Shown: in pieces, positions 10,215 to 20,470 of the stretch
How positions within the stretch are numbered: the first letter of the stretch is position 1
How the letters are laid out: every line of letters starts with the position of its first letter
Origin: Alphaproteobacteria bacterium
GTDB taxonomy: Bacteria > Pseudomonadota > Alphaproteobacteria > UBA828
DNA length: 64,000 nt
Direction: 5' to 3'
Assembly (NCBI GenBank): GCA_963422645.2
Contig: CAXXVO010000014.1
Coordinates: forward strand, 320,001 to 384,000
Notes under the pieces: generated by a model
Database searches by the model: none
What the model saw: only the letters and a program-made list of their open reading frames with translations
What the model was told of the DNA's origin: nothing
Position numbers and translations under genes: made by a program

Positions 10215-11252
10215 TCAATCGGCGAACGCCTCGATCATCGCCTCGTGGTTGGCGAGCGATTCCTCGCGGTCGATGAAGGGCATCGGGCAGTAGAGCAGCA
10301 CGGTCTCGAACAACCCCTCGAAGCGGTCGAGCTGGCTGCGCACCTCGTCCGGCGTGCCGGCCAGCACCAGCGCGTCCACCATGTCGTCGGTCACGAGATC
10401 GGTCATGGCGGCAAGATCGGCGTGGGCCCAGGCGTCGCGGATCGCCATCTTCTCGCGCGTGAAGCCGGCGGGGTCGAGCACCTGGTCGAAATAGGGCAGG
10501 CAGGAATAGAACGCGATCGGCCCCCGCGCGCGCCGTCGGGCGCGCTCCCGGTCCCGGTCCACGGAGCAGACCTTCAGCGAGCAGAGCTCGATATCGGCGC
10601 GCGTCCGCCCCGCCTTGGCGAGGCCCTTGTCGATGTTCGGATGCACGATGCCGGTGAAGTAGCGCGGTGTGTTGAGCAGGTTCGCGAGCAGTCCGTCGGC
10701 GATTTCGCCCGTGAGCTGCAGCATCGCCGGCTGCACCGCGGCGAGGTAGACCGGCGGCGGTGCGCAGGGCGGCGCGAGCACCCGGCGGTAATCGCGGATC
10801 GTGATGATCTCGCCCTCGTACTCGATGGGCGCTTCGGGGCTCGCGGTCCACATCAGGCGGATCGCCTCGACGTACTCCCGCATGCGCCGAACCGGCCGGC
10901 GGTAGGGGAGGCCGTGCCAGTTCTCGTTCCACGCCGGCGGCGCGGTGCCGAGACCCAGCACGAAGCGGCCTTCGCTAAGCTCCGCCATGGACATGGCGCT
11001 GATCTCGGTAAGCGCCGGTGGCCGGGCGAAGACGGCGACGCTGGTGCCGAGGCGGGCGCGCTTGCACGTGGCTGCCATGCCGGCGAGCGGCACGAAGGCG
11101 TCGCGGCCGAGCTCGGTGGTCCAGAGGCTTTCTGCGCCCGCATCCTCGGCCTTGGCCGCGAAGTCGATGGTCTCGGCCAGAGTCAGGTTGTCGCCGCTGA
11201 AGAGCACGCCCCATTTCCACTTGCGGGCCATCGGCTTTCTCTCTCCGGTCAA
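10215..11252 (-). CDS. LLM-class flavin/F420-dependent oxidoreductase
   Basis: ARLGTSVA, ELSEGRFVLGLG, PPVYLAA and GEIADG. Confidence 0.85.
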   Translation of the reverse strand: MTGERKPMARKWKWGVLFSGDNLTLAETIDFAAKAEDAGAESLWTTELGRDAFVPLAGMAATCKRARLGTSVAVFARPPALTEISAMSMAELSEGRFVLGLGTAPPAWNENWHGLPYRRPVRRMREYVEAIRLMWTASPEAPIEYEGEIITIRDYRRVLAPPCAPPPVYLAAVQPAMLQLTGEIADGLLANLLNTPRYFTGIVHPNIDKGLAKAGRTRADIELCSLKVCSVDRDRERARRRARGPIAFYSCLPYFDQVLDPAGFTREKMAIRDAWAHADLAAMTDLVTDDMVDALVLAGTPDEVRSQLDRFEGLFETVLLYCPMPFIDREESLANHEAMIEAFAD

Positions 11253-12991
11253 CGCAGCTGGGCGCGGAGCGCCGCGGTGGCGGCCTCGTCGACGCCACCG
11301 TTGGCGGCGATCACCACGCCGTAGTCGCTGCAGGCCCGCTCTGCCGAGATGTAGCCGTCGGCGACATCGGCGGCCACCGAGTCTGCCGGGCGGGTGAGGG
11401 GGTTGCCGAAGCCGCCGCCGCCGCCGGTCACCACGGCGACGCGGTCGCCCTCAGCCAGCGCCTGAAAGGGGATGCGCGCGACCCGTTTGATGCTGCCCTT
11501 GCTCTCGATCCGCATGTAGTTGTTGGAGCCTTTGCCGCCCCCCTCAAGGCCCCAGGGGCGCTCGATGGAGCGGCCGATGCTGCAATAGGTGTGCGCTTCG
11601 TCGCCGGCCACCTCGAACTCGCGGACCACGCCGAAGCCGCCCCGGTGGCGGCCTGCGCCGGTGCCGTCCTCGACATTGAGGGCGTAGCGGCGGATGGCGA
11701 GGGGGAACTTAGCCTCGAAGAGCTCCACCGAGTAGTTGTAGGTGTCGCCGTCGGTGGTCGCGATCAGCGCGCTGGTGCCGTCGCCGGACGCGGTTGCGCC
11801 CCAGCCGCCAATGGCGGGCTCGATGTGGACGTAAACCTCGCCGCTCTCCGGGTCGCGGCCATAGAAATAGGTGCCAGCGAGGCTCATGTAGGAGCCCGCA
11901 CTGAAGCGCTCGGGCGCGACTTCCGCCAGCGCCTTCCAGGCAAGCTCGGAGGCGTGGGCCGAGCCTTCGTAGTACCAGCCGGTGGGCGCCGGCTTCTCGG
12001 CGGTGAACACCGTGCCCGGCGGGCAGATCAGGCTCACCGGGCGAAACCAGCCCTCGTTGGAGGGCGCCTGCGGGTCCACCAGAGACTTGAACACGGTCTT
12101 GACCGCCGAATCGAGGGCACCGAAGGCGCAGTTGATCGGCCCCTTGACCATCGGGCTGGTGCCGGTGAAGTCGAAGGCGATGGTCTCGCCCCGGATGCGC
12201 ACGGTGACCGCGACGTGGAAGCGCTCCTCGGTGATGCCGTCGCCGTCGATCCAGTCCTCGGCCCTGTAGTCGCCGTCCGGCAGTGCTGCGACCGCGGCCC
12301 GGCTCAGGCGCTCGCTGGTCTCCAGGATGTGGCCGAAGGTGGCCTCGATGGCGTGCTCGCCGTAGCGGGCGAGGACCTCGCGCAGCCGCGTCTCGGCGAT
12401 GCGCACGGCGGCGAGGCCGGCGTTGAAGTCACCCAGGGACTGCACCGGCAGGCGCACGTTCTCGCGGATCAGCGCGATCACGTCGTCGATGGTCTCGTCG
12501 TCGCGGCAGACGCGGATGCCGGGGAAGCGCACGCCCTCCTGGTAAATCTCGGTGGCGGTGGGCGAGATGCTGCCCGGCACGGCCCCGCCGACCTCGCTCC
12601 AGTGCGCCACGGAGATGGCGAAGGCAAAGAGGCGGTCGTCGATGAAAATCGGCTTGATCAGCGCGATGTCGCAGCTGTGTGTGCCGCCCTCGAAGGGGTC
12701 GTTGGTCATGAAGACGTCGCCCGGCCGCATGGTCTCGCCGTGGCGGCGCACGATCGAGCGAACCTGGGGCGCGAAGGTGCCGGTGAAGAGGGTGATGCCG
12801 TTGGTCTGCACGACGAGCTCGCCCTCCGCGTCACAGAGGCCGCAAGCGAAGTCGAGCACCTCGTAGATCACGGGGCTCATGGAGGTCTTGGCGATGACGA
12901 TGCCCATCTCGTCGGCAAGCGCGAGCAGCTTGCCGCGGATGATCTCGCGCGTGACCGGATCGGCGCCGGTCTCGTTATCGGGTGCAGTCAT
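11249..12991 (-). CDS. Hydantoinase B/oxoprolinase family protein
   Basis: PGDVFMTNDPFEGGTH, HWSEVGG, GAGRHRGG and TGGGGGFGNP. Confidence 0.9.
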   Translation of the reverse strand: MTAPDNETGADPVTREIIRGKLLALADEMGIVIAKTSMSPVIYEVLDFACGLCDAEGELVVQTNGITLFTGTFAPQVRSIVRRHGETMRPGDVFMTNDPFEGGTHSCDIALIKPIFIDDRLFAFAISVAHWSEVGGAVPGSISPTATEIYQEGVRFPGIRVCRDDETIDDVIALIRENVRLPVQSLGDFNAGLAAVRIAETRLREVLARYGEHAIEATFGHILETSERLSRAAVAALPDGDYRAEDWIDGDGITEERFHVAVTVRIRGETIAFDFTGTSPMVKGPINCAFGALDSAVKTVFKSLVDPQAPSNEGWFRPVSLICPPGTVFTAEKPAPTGWYYEGSAHASELAWKALAEVAPERFSAGSYMSLAGTYFYGRDPESGEVYVHIEPAIGGWGATASGDGTSALIATTDGDTYNYSVELFEAKFPLAIRRYALNVEDGTGAGRHRGGFGVVREFEVAGDEAHTYCSIGRSIERPWGLEGGGKGSNNYMRIESKGSIKRVARIPFQALAEGDRVAVVTGGGGGFGNPLTRPADSVAADVADGYISAERACSDYGVVIAANGGVDEAATAALRAQLR

Positions 12992-13123
12992 GCGTCCTCC
13001 CGCGGCGCGGGATTGTTCCTGAGCCGCTCGCGCCGCGCAAGCGATCCATGGCGCAGCGCGTCGCAGCGACGCTGCTCAAACGCCGGGGGACGAGACGCGA
13101 ATCGCAGACTGGGGTCAGCGCGG

Positions 13124-14023
13124 TCAGGCGGCGAGCAGATCGTCGATCCTGGTGCCGCACCAGCCTGCTTCGCGCTTGCGCCAATAGCTGTTCATCAGGC
13201 GCGAGGTGAGGATGCCGGGGGCGCCGTTGCCGAGCGGTTTGTCGTCGATTGCCGTCACCGGCAGGATGCCGCCCGCAGACGAGGTCACGAACGCCTCGTC
13301 GGCATTGCGCAGCTCGTCCGGGTGAACCGCACGGGTCTCGCAGGGCATCCCTTCCATCTCGCAGAGTTCGATCGCCGACCTGCGCGACATGCCGAGGAGG
13401 CAGTTTTCGTCGGGCGTGGCGCACACCCCGTCATTCACCACCCAGATGTTGTAGCCCGGCCCCTCGGCAAGATTGCCGTCCGGCCCGCACAGGACCGAAT
13501 CGTCCCGGCCCGCTTCGTAGGCTTCGTACTGCGAGTGAATCAGATCGGCCCAATGGAAATTCTTGTAGCGGGCATCGACGGCCTTGCTGGAAATCCTCTC
13601 GGTGTTTGCCAAATGCAGATTGACGCCGGCCTTCGACTTCTCCTCGCCCCACAGCCAGACGTAGGGGACGGCGTAACAGACGAATTGATTGTCGCAGAGC
13701 CGGGGATCGCGTGAATCTTCCGGATAGAGGCCGCGGGTGACGTGCAGGTGGATGTAGCTGGCATCATCCAGCCCCGCACGGCGCACGCATTCCGCCAGCA
13801 GTCGGGCGGTCTCGTCCTTGGAATATGGATTGGTCAGATAGAAGCCGGCGCAGGACGCTGCGAAGCGATCGAGATGCTCGTCCAGCTTGAAGATGTAGCC
13901 CTTCCATGACGTCGTGACGTCGTAGACGACATCGCTATGCAGGAAGCCGGTGTCGAAAATCGACATCTTGGCGTCGTCGAGCTCGACGAATTCGCCGTCT
14001 ATGTGGACACATCCGCCTGCCAT
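13124..14023 (-). CDS. Fold-type IV PLP aminotransferase, (R)-selective amine transaminase-like
   Basis: DTGFLHSDVVYDV, KNFHWADL, EGPGYN and SSAGG. GGAGG precedes the ATG at 14023. Confidence 0.85.
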   Translation of the reverse strand: MAGGCVHIDGEFVELDDAKMSIFDTGFLHSDVVYDVTTSWKGYIFKLDEHLDRFAASCAGFYLTNPYSKDETARLLAECVRRAGLDDASYIHLHVTRGLYPEDSRDPRLCDNQFVCYAVPYVWLWGEEKSKAGVNLHLANTERISSKAVDARYKNFHWADLIHSQYEAYEAGRDDSVLCGPDGNLAEGPGYNIWVVNDGVCATPDENCLLGMSRRSAIELCEMEGMPCETRAVHPDELRNADEAFVTSSAGGILPVTAIDDKPLGNGAPGILTSRLMNSYWRKREAGWCGTRIDDLLAA

Positions 14024-14113
14024 ATCAGCCTCCACTCTCATCGCACGACGTGGTCCCGTCGCGTTCGGCTCGACGGTAGCGAGCGGCGATGGAAGGGACA
14101 AGCGCAGCCGCCG

Positions 14114-14833
14114 TCAGACAGCCGGCGGGACCAGGCGTTCCACTACCTCGTCGGCCGTCATCACGTCGCCGTATGACGCGAGGCAGACGGCGTAGGTCCA
14201 GGCATCCTCTTCCGCCGAGCGGCCGCCGTTCGCGTCCGAGATCAAGATGGTCTTGAAGTCGTAGGCGGCGGCCTCGCGCGCCGTGGTCTCGCAGCAGACG
14301 TTCGTGACCGTGCCGACGATCAGGACCGTGTCGACGCCTAGATCGTGCAGCACGCGCTCCAGGCGCCCCTGGCTGCCGATGAAGCCGCCGAAGCGGTTCT
14401 TGTGAACGACCGGATCGGCGTCGCCCACGTCGAGCGCCGGCCAGATGGCGTGGCCGGCTGCACCCTCGCTGAGGCCGGCGCGAAAGACCGCGGCTGCCTC
14501 TTCACCCAGGATCGTGTCGAGGTTGGCCCAGTTCCTGTCTTCCTCCGGCCCGTAGGTGGAGACCACCCAGACCACGTGGCCGCCGCTCGCCCGGAGCGCG
14601 CCGGCCAGCCGATTGACCGTGGGCACGATCGCCCTGGCGTGCGGGATCTCGGACGGGCTGCCCTCGCGCATGAAGTGGACCTGCAGGTCCACCACCAGGA
14701 GCGCCGTGCGCGCCGCGTCCAGGCTCTCGTAGGCGTGAAGCCGGCCGCGCCGGCGCAGCACGCGATCGATGACGCGCTGGGGGATGTGGGCCGGCTCCAT
14801 GGCGTGCTCCCGTATCCGACTCGCCGCTGACAT
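14114..14833 (-). CDS. Isochorismatase-family cysteine hydrolase
   Basis: TALLVVDLQ, KNRFGGF and GTVTNVCCETTAR. Confidence 0.85.
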   Translation of the reverse strand: MSAASRIREHAMEPAHIPQRVIDRVLRRRGRLHAYESLDAARTALLVVDLQVHFMREGSPSEIPHARAIVPTVNRLAGALRASGGHVVWVVSTYGPEEDRNWANLDTILGEEAAAVFRAGLSEGAAGHAIWPALDVGDADPVVHKNRFGGFIGSQGRLERVLHDLGVDTVLIVGTVTNVCCETTAREAAAYDFKTILISDANGGRSAEEDAWTYAVCLASYGDVMTADEVVERLVPPAV

Positions 14834-14899
14834 TCTGACCCGGTCGGCTCGTCTGCGAAACGAGTGGAGCTTCGGTCGAGGTCGGCGAGTATCCGGCCC

Positions 14900-15727
14900 T
14901 TATTCGCAGACCACCCCGTCACCGTCCCCGTCGCGCATGAAGGGATAGGCCGGATGGTCGCGCGGCACGGGCGCGATGCCGTGGCTTCGCGCCTCCGCGC
15001 ACGTGATGCGGCCGTTGCGATTGTCGTCGTAGAGAGCGAGTACTTCGGACGACGGGGCAGAGCGGGCGGGCTCGGGCGCCGACGGCGTGGTGGGCTCGGG
15101 CGCCTCAAGGTCGGTAAAGACGGTGGGGCCGTCCGTCTCAAGGTTGGTATAGACGATGTCGGTGGTGGTGCAGTCCGAGAGGACGCGCTGCAGTGCGAAG
15201 GCCTCATCACGGTCAACGGTCAGGGAATACTTGAACTTGACGGTGATGACGCGCGAAGCGAACCAGCACTGGTTCACGGCTGGCAGCCAGTCCGCAGCGT
15301 CGTGGGCGCACTTGCCGGCGCCGCTGCAGCGGTTCACCTCGGGCGCGGCCAGGGTCAGGTTGAGCAGGTCGGAGGCGAAGCGGCGCCGAACTGTTTGGTC
15401 GGCGGCGCAAAGCCCGCTGTCATGACCCTCGGAGACGGCAACGATGTGCTCGATGTCGGTTCGGCCCGTGCTCAAGAAGTAGCGCCCCGTGTAGGGCCCG
15501 TAAATTCTGCCTCCCATGGCGGCGACGATCTCGGCCTCGACCGACGACGAATAGGGGTAGTCGTCCCGGTCGTAAGGTGCGCAGCGATGCTCCGGCGCGG
15601 TGACGAGGCCGCCCCAGGTCTCGGCGCCGAGGGCCTGACCGCGATCGGCGATGCCGGCGATTACGATCGCAAGCACGGCAAGCAACATTGCCGCCGAGCG
15701 GCAGGGGACCCCGTATTCTCGTGACAT
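14900..15727 (-). CDS. Secreted HNH-like (DUF1524-type) nuclease domain plus Excalibur Ca-binding domain
   Basis: Signal-peptide-like N-terminus, DIEHIVAVSEGHDSG, FASDLLNL...VN and C-terminal DGDGDGVVCE. Confidence 0.7.
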   Translation of the reverse strand: MSREYGVPCRSAAMLLAVLAIVIAGIADRGQALGAETWGGLVTAPEHRCAPYDRDDYPYSSSVEAEIVAAMGGRIYGPYTGRYFLSTGRTDIEHIVAVSEGHDSGLCAADQTVRRRFASDLLNLTLAAPEVNRCSGAGKCAHDAADWLPAVNQCWFASRVITVKFKYSLTVDRDEAFALQRVLSDCTTTDIVYTNLETDGPTVFTDLEAPEPTTPSAPEPARSAPSSEVLALYDDNRNGRITCAEARSHGIAPVPRDHPAYPFMRDGDGDGVVCE

Positions 15728-16241
15728 GGCGATACCCCGCATGAATTTTAGTAACTGCCCAGGTACCCCCTCTCTCTTATGGAACAAGCCAGTTCCTTTT
15801 GCGTCAACGCCCCCACGCCGCGGGGGTGCCTACTCTCTTGAGCGCGAGAGGATGATGAACGCCGCGTCGCGAACAAGATGAGAGGACAGCGATACTCAGG
15901 ATGAGCCGGAGAAGTTCAGGAGCGCAGTATAGGGATCAGCTGCATCGGTTCCGGGTGCGCCAGGATTTGCAGGATGTTCCAGCCTTGCTTTCGAGCGGTG
16001 ACGATGACGCTGCGCATTCCGGCGAAGTTGCAGGCGCCTTGCAGGGAGCGGAAGCCGCCTGAGATCTTCTCATGCACTTGCCGTGAAACAGATTCTGGCG
16101 AGGGACGCGCGGTGACGCTCCAACCCCGAGGTCACGGCGTTGGCTGAGACCGCCAGGGTCGGCGCGGCGGAGACGAGCGGTGGACTTCCCCGATGTGGTC
16201 CGAAGCGGTCCCGCGTAGCCGGCTGACGAGATGCGGGCCGC

Positions 16242-17492
16242 TCAGGCGGCCTTGAGTTCCGCGCCTACGGGCTCGATGTAGCCGTAGCGGCGGAGCATGC
16301 GGATCCACCGAGGAGCGTTGCGCTTGACCATCAGAGCGTCGTAGTCGGCCGTGCGGTCGTAGTAGGGCCTGCCGGTCTTGAGCACCACATAGATGATGCG
16401 CAGCATCTTGTGAGCGCCGGCGACGATGGCGCGCTTGTAGCCGCGCCGGGCGGCGAGGGCGCGGTGATGAGCCTCGAACTGGCACCCCTTGGTTCGGGCC
16501 GCGCCGTGGGCACACTCGACGAGGCAGGCGCGCAGGGTCTTGGAGCCCATGCGGGTGCGTGCGTTGCGGCGCTTGCCCCCGCTCTCGTTGTTGCCGGGGC
16601 AGAGCCCGGCCCAGGCGGCGAAGTGCTCCTTGGAGGCGAACACGCCGATGTCGGGGCCGATCTCGATGAGGATGGTCGAGGCGGCGGTGCGGTCGATGCC
16701 GGGGATGGTGGTCAGCAGACGGAGCTGCTCCTCCCACGGTGTCATCTGCCCGTCGATCTTCCTGGTGTAGGACGCGATGCGCGCCTCAAGCGCGTCATGC
16801 TCCTCCAGCAGGTCGTTGAGCATGAAGCGGTCGTTGTCGCCCAGGCTCAGGGTGAGCGCCTCGCCGAGCCCCTCCAGCTTGTTCGCAACGTGGCTGGTGA
16901 GCGAGGCGAGGATGACCTCGCGCGCCGTCCCCTGCGCCAGGCCGTCGAGGATCTTCCGGCCGTTGACGCCGAAGACGTCGGAGAGGATGCCGCCGATGCG
17001 CGCACCGGCGCGGTCGATGATCTTCTGCACGCGGTTGCGCACGGCGGAGCGCTGCCTGACCAGGACGCGGCGCTGGCGGCTCAGTGCGCGCAGCTCCCGG
17101 AACGGCTCAGGCGGAACGTGGGAAGGCGTGCAGAGCCCGAACTGGCACACGCAGGCCAGCCACACGCTGTCCGCCACGTCGGTCTTGCGCCCCTTCAACT
17201 GCTTCACCTGACGCGCATGCACCAGGATCGCCTCGAGCCCGGCCGCCTCCAGGGCCGCGAAGGGCGCCTGCCAGTAGACCCCGGTCCCTTCCATCACCGC
17301 AGCCTCGACGCCGTGACCGGTCAGCCACGCGACCATCTCCTCCAGACCGCTCGGCAGCGTGCCGAAGCAGCGCGTCTCCACCACCGGCTCACCCTCGCCC
17401 TCACAGAGGCGAACCGTCGCGGTGATCTCCATCTTGTGCACGTCCAGACCCGCCGCGCGCGGCCGGACGACGTGCAAGCCTTCCGTCTTCAT
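16242..17492 (-). CDS. IS110 DEDD recombinase/transposase
   Basis: GLDVHK, MEGTGVYW, KTDVADS, TIPGI and WAGLCPGNNESGGK. Confidence 0.93.
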   Translation of the reverse strand: MKTEGLHVVRPRAAGLDVHKMEITATVRLCEGEGEPVVETRCFGTLPSGLEEMVAWLTGHGVEAAVMEGTGVYWQAPFAALEAAGLEAILVHARQVKQLKGRKTDVADSVWLACVCQFGLCTPSHVPPEPFRELRALSRQRRVLVRQRSAVRNRVQKIIDRAGARIGGILSDVFGVNGRKILDGLAQGTAREVILASLTSHVANKLEGLGEALTLSLGDNDRFMLNDLLEEHDALEARIASYTRKIDGQMTPWEEQLRLLTTIPGIDRTAASTILIEIGPDIGVFASKEHFAAWAGLCPGNNESGGKRRNARTRMGSKTLRACLVECAHGAARTKGCQFEAHHRALAARRGYKRAIVAGAHKMLRIIYVVLKTGRPYYDRTADYDALMVKRNAPRWIRMLRRYGYIEPVGAELKAA

Positions 17493-17519
17493 CGCCTTCC
17501 TCCTCATTTGCGCTCTCGC

Positions 17520-17760
17520 CACGGCGGCGTACGATCACGCCGTGGCATCGCCACGGTGGAGGCGGGGACAGCGGTCGGAAGAACACGCATCCGACGAGCG
17601 GGTGCGGTGCAATTTGCCGCGCGTCCACGGCCACGGGCCGGGTACAATACGGGGTGCGGAGCCGGCCGCCGGAAGCAGTTTTGTCATCGGGAACTACGTC
17701 ACCGATATAACGACGCTCACACGTCCCCACCTCCGCCAATACCCATCCTGACACGGCAAA
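17520..17760 (-). ncRNA. Candidate IS110 bridge RNA (limits approximate)
   Basis: Lies in ~350 bp of hairpin-rich non-coding left end and has short matches to the target and to the reconstructed donor junction. Confidence 0.5.
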
Positions 17761-17956
17761 TGGGTGCAAGCGCAAGGAAAACGTCAGCCGAACCGCTCCT
17801 GTTTCATGCCACGGGGTGGCTCAGAACCGCGGGGACCATGACTGTTTTGTTCATACGGATGTCACGCTCCGCCTCGTTATTCGTGAACGGCGTGCGCAGG
17901 TCGGTGAGGAAGCGCAGGCAGCCCTCCTTATGCTTTTGAAGGCGGCGCGCGAGGTT

Positions 17957-20470
17957 CAGACTTCCTGACCTCGTGATGCTGGCTGTTCTGGGCAGCGTGC
18001 CGGGAACTCCTTGAATTCTGATACATTTCGGTTGTTTCAGGCGGTTTTTCGCTGGGTGTCGCGCCCGAGGTCTGATATTATAATTTGATACCAATTGCAC
18101 GGTCTCAACCATGCCCAGTACCCTCCCAATGTGCCCTCCAGAGGCGGTCTCGATCGGCAACAGCTGCTTCGCCGTCCTGATCTCGGACGACACCTTCACC
18201 TACTTTTCCAACCTCATTCCCTTTGACAGCCACGCCGCCGATGACCGCACGGCCATGCTCTTGCGGATCGGCCGCCTCGCGGCGATCAGCGCGGTCTCGC
18301 CGCAGGAACTGGCTGACGCTTTCGCTGTCTCGCGCGCGACGGTGCAGCGCGCACGACGGCGCTACCTGGCCGAGGGCGAAGCGGGGTTCATGAAGCCCCG
18401 GCGCGGTCGCGGGCCGTCGGTGTTCACTCCGGAGTTGGCGGAGAAGGCGACGGCGTTGCTGGCATCGGGCCTGAGCGGCTCTGCGGCGGCCCGGGTTCTC
18501 GGCGTGTCAGCGCCATCGGTCAACAAGTGGCGCCGTCAGGGACTGATCGGCAACACGGAGGCGGATGGGGAGCCCGGACGCTCAGCGCTGGCTGCGCCGC
18601 CTGACGCGGGTGCGGCTCCTGAAGGCCGTGTCGATGAAGAGAGTACCGGTGCCCCGGGGCCGGAGACGGCGCCGGGGCTGGAAGCGCAGCCGCAAACGGA
18701 TCGCAGCGCGCGCGATCGGCGGGACCGGCAGGCGCCGATGGGGCGTGCGACTTGCGATGTTCCGGCTCGGGTTCTGGCCAGTTGTGGACAGGCGGGGCCG
18801 GTCGAACCGCAGTTCGCCGCCGCCGCCCGCGGTGTCCGCTTCGGCGGCGTGCTCGCCGCCCTGCCGGCCCTGCTGAAGGAAGGTCTTCTCTCCGAGACCG
18901 GTCTCCTGCCATTGCTGCCGAAGGGCTATTACGGCTTGCCTACGATCCTGCTCTTCCTGGCCTTCATGACCTTGGCGCGGGTGCGCAACCCCGAGAGCCT
19001 GCGCTACCAGGCGCCGGGCGAATGGGGCGCCATTCTCGGCCTCGATCGCTGCCCCGAGGTCAAGACGCTGCGCCGCAAGATCGCTCTCATCGCCGACGAC
19101 GAGGCCGGCGTGCGGGCGTGGCAGCTCGCCCTTGCCAGGCGCTGGCAAGGCGCCGACGAGCCGGAGCTCTGGGCGACGCTGGCCATCGACGGGCACGTCA
19201 AGGTCTACTCCGGCCGCAAGGGGCGCTTGCCCAAGCACTTCGTCTCGCGCGAGAAGCTGTGCCTGCCGGCGAGCGCCAGCTACTGGATCAACGCTCTGGG
19301 CGGCAAGCCGCTGCTCTGTCTGCACAAGCCGCTGGACCCGAAGATGGTCGCGGCCATCGAAGCCGACGTGGTGCCGGCGCTGCAGGAGCTTGGGATCGTT
19401 GGCGCCGGGGCGCCGGACCTGACCGCCGAGCATCCCGGCCAGCCGGCGCTCACCCTGGTCTTCGACCGCGAGGGCTGGAGCCCGGATCTGTTCCGCCGGC
19501 TGGCGAGGCGCGGCGTCGCCTGCCTGACCTGGCACAAGAACTTCAGGGGCGAGGACTGGCCGGCCGAGGACTTCGGCGCGATGACCGTTCCCATTCACGG
19601 ACCGGCGGCGGACGGCAGCGCCACCATGCGGCTGGCTGAGAAGCCGGTGACGTTGCCGAACGGCTTCAGGGTGCGCCAGATCCGCCGCCTGCTCGACAAC
19701 GGCCGTCAGGTGCCGCTGATCACCACCGATCCGCACAAGCCGATGGCTGAGGTTGCGGGCGCCATGTTCTCGCGCTGGTCGCAGGAGAACTTCTTCAAGT
19801 ACATGCGTGACGAGTTCAATCTCGACGCCCTGCCGACCCACGAGCTCGAGCCTCTCGATCCCGCCGCCATGGTCGTCAACCCGCTGCGGCGGGCCTATGA
19901 CAAGGCAATCCATCGCCTCGACCGCCAGCTTGGCCGCCTGCGCAACCGCATCGCCGACACGGCCCGGAAGAAGCAGCCGACGGCGGAACTCAGGAGGGAA
20001 GTCAGGGACCTCCAGGATGTCCGCGACATCGTCAGGGCCAGCCGCAGGGAGACGCCCAAGCACTGCCGGGCCGGCGACCTCGACGAAGCCGAGCAGCTCG
20101 ATGCCTTGCCCGCGCGCGAGCGCCTCCTCCTCGACGTCATCCGGATGATCGCCTACCGCGCCGAAACCCGCATGATGCTTCCCGTCATGCAGGCGCAGGG
20201 CCACAAGCCCCATCCCCGGAAACTGCTTCAAGCGCTGCTCACCGCCGATGCCGACATCCTGCCGGATCCTGGCAATGGCCTCCTGCGGGTCCACATTCTT
20301 GGCCTCGCAAACGACGCCTGCGACCGTTGGATCGATGCGGTTCTGAGCGACCTGAACGCCACCGAAACGGTCTTCCCCGGCACCCGTCTGCGCATAGTCT
20401 ACGACATCGACGGGGCCTCGGAATCCGCGCGGCTCGTGTCACCTAAAATCAGCAGAGGTCAGGAAGTCTG
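17957..20470 (+). mobile_element. Unclassified 2514-bp IS, intact copy
   Basis: Perfect 16-bp TIR CAGACTTCCTGACCTC. A second copy lies at 30990-36175. Confidence 0.9.

Larger units (their letters stand above)
16080..17845 (-). mobile_element. IS110-family element
   Basis: Boundaries come from the empty site CATGCAC-TT-TGTTCATAC at ~21521-21538. A 2-bp TT core is present at both junctions. No long TIR. Confidence 0.88.
15751..17956 (-). mobile_element. IS66 type B right-end fragment, interrupted by IS110 and truncated at 17957
   Basis: 15751-16079 and 17848-17956 match 21201-21638. Confidence 0.9.
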
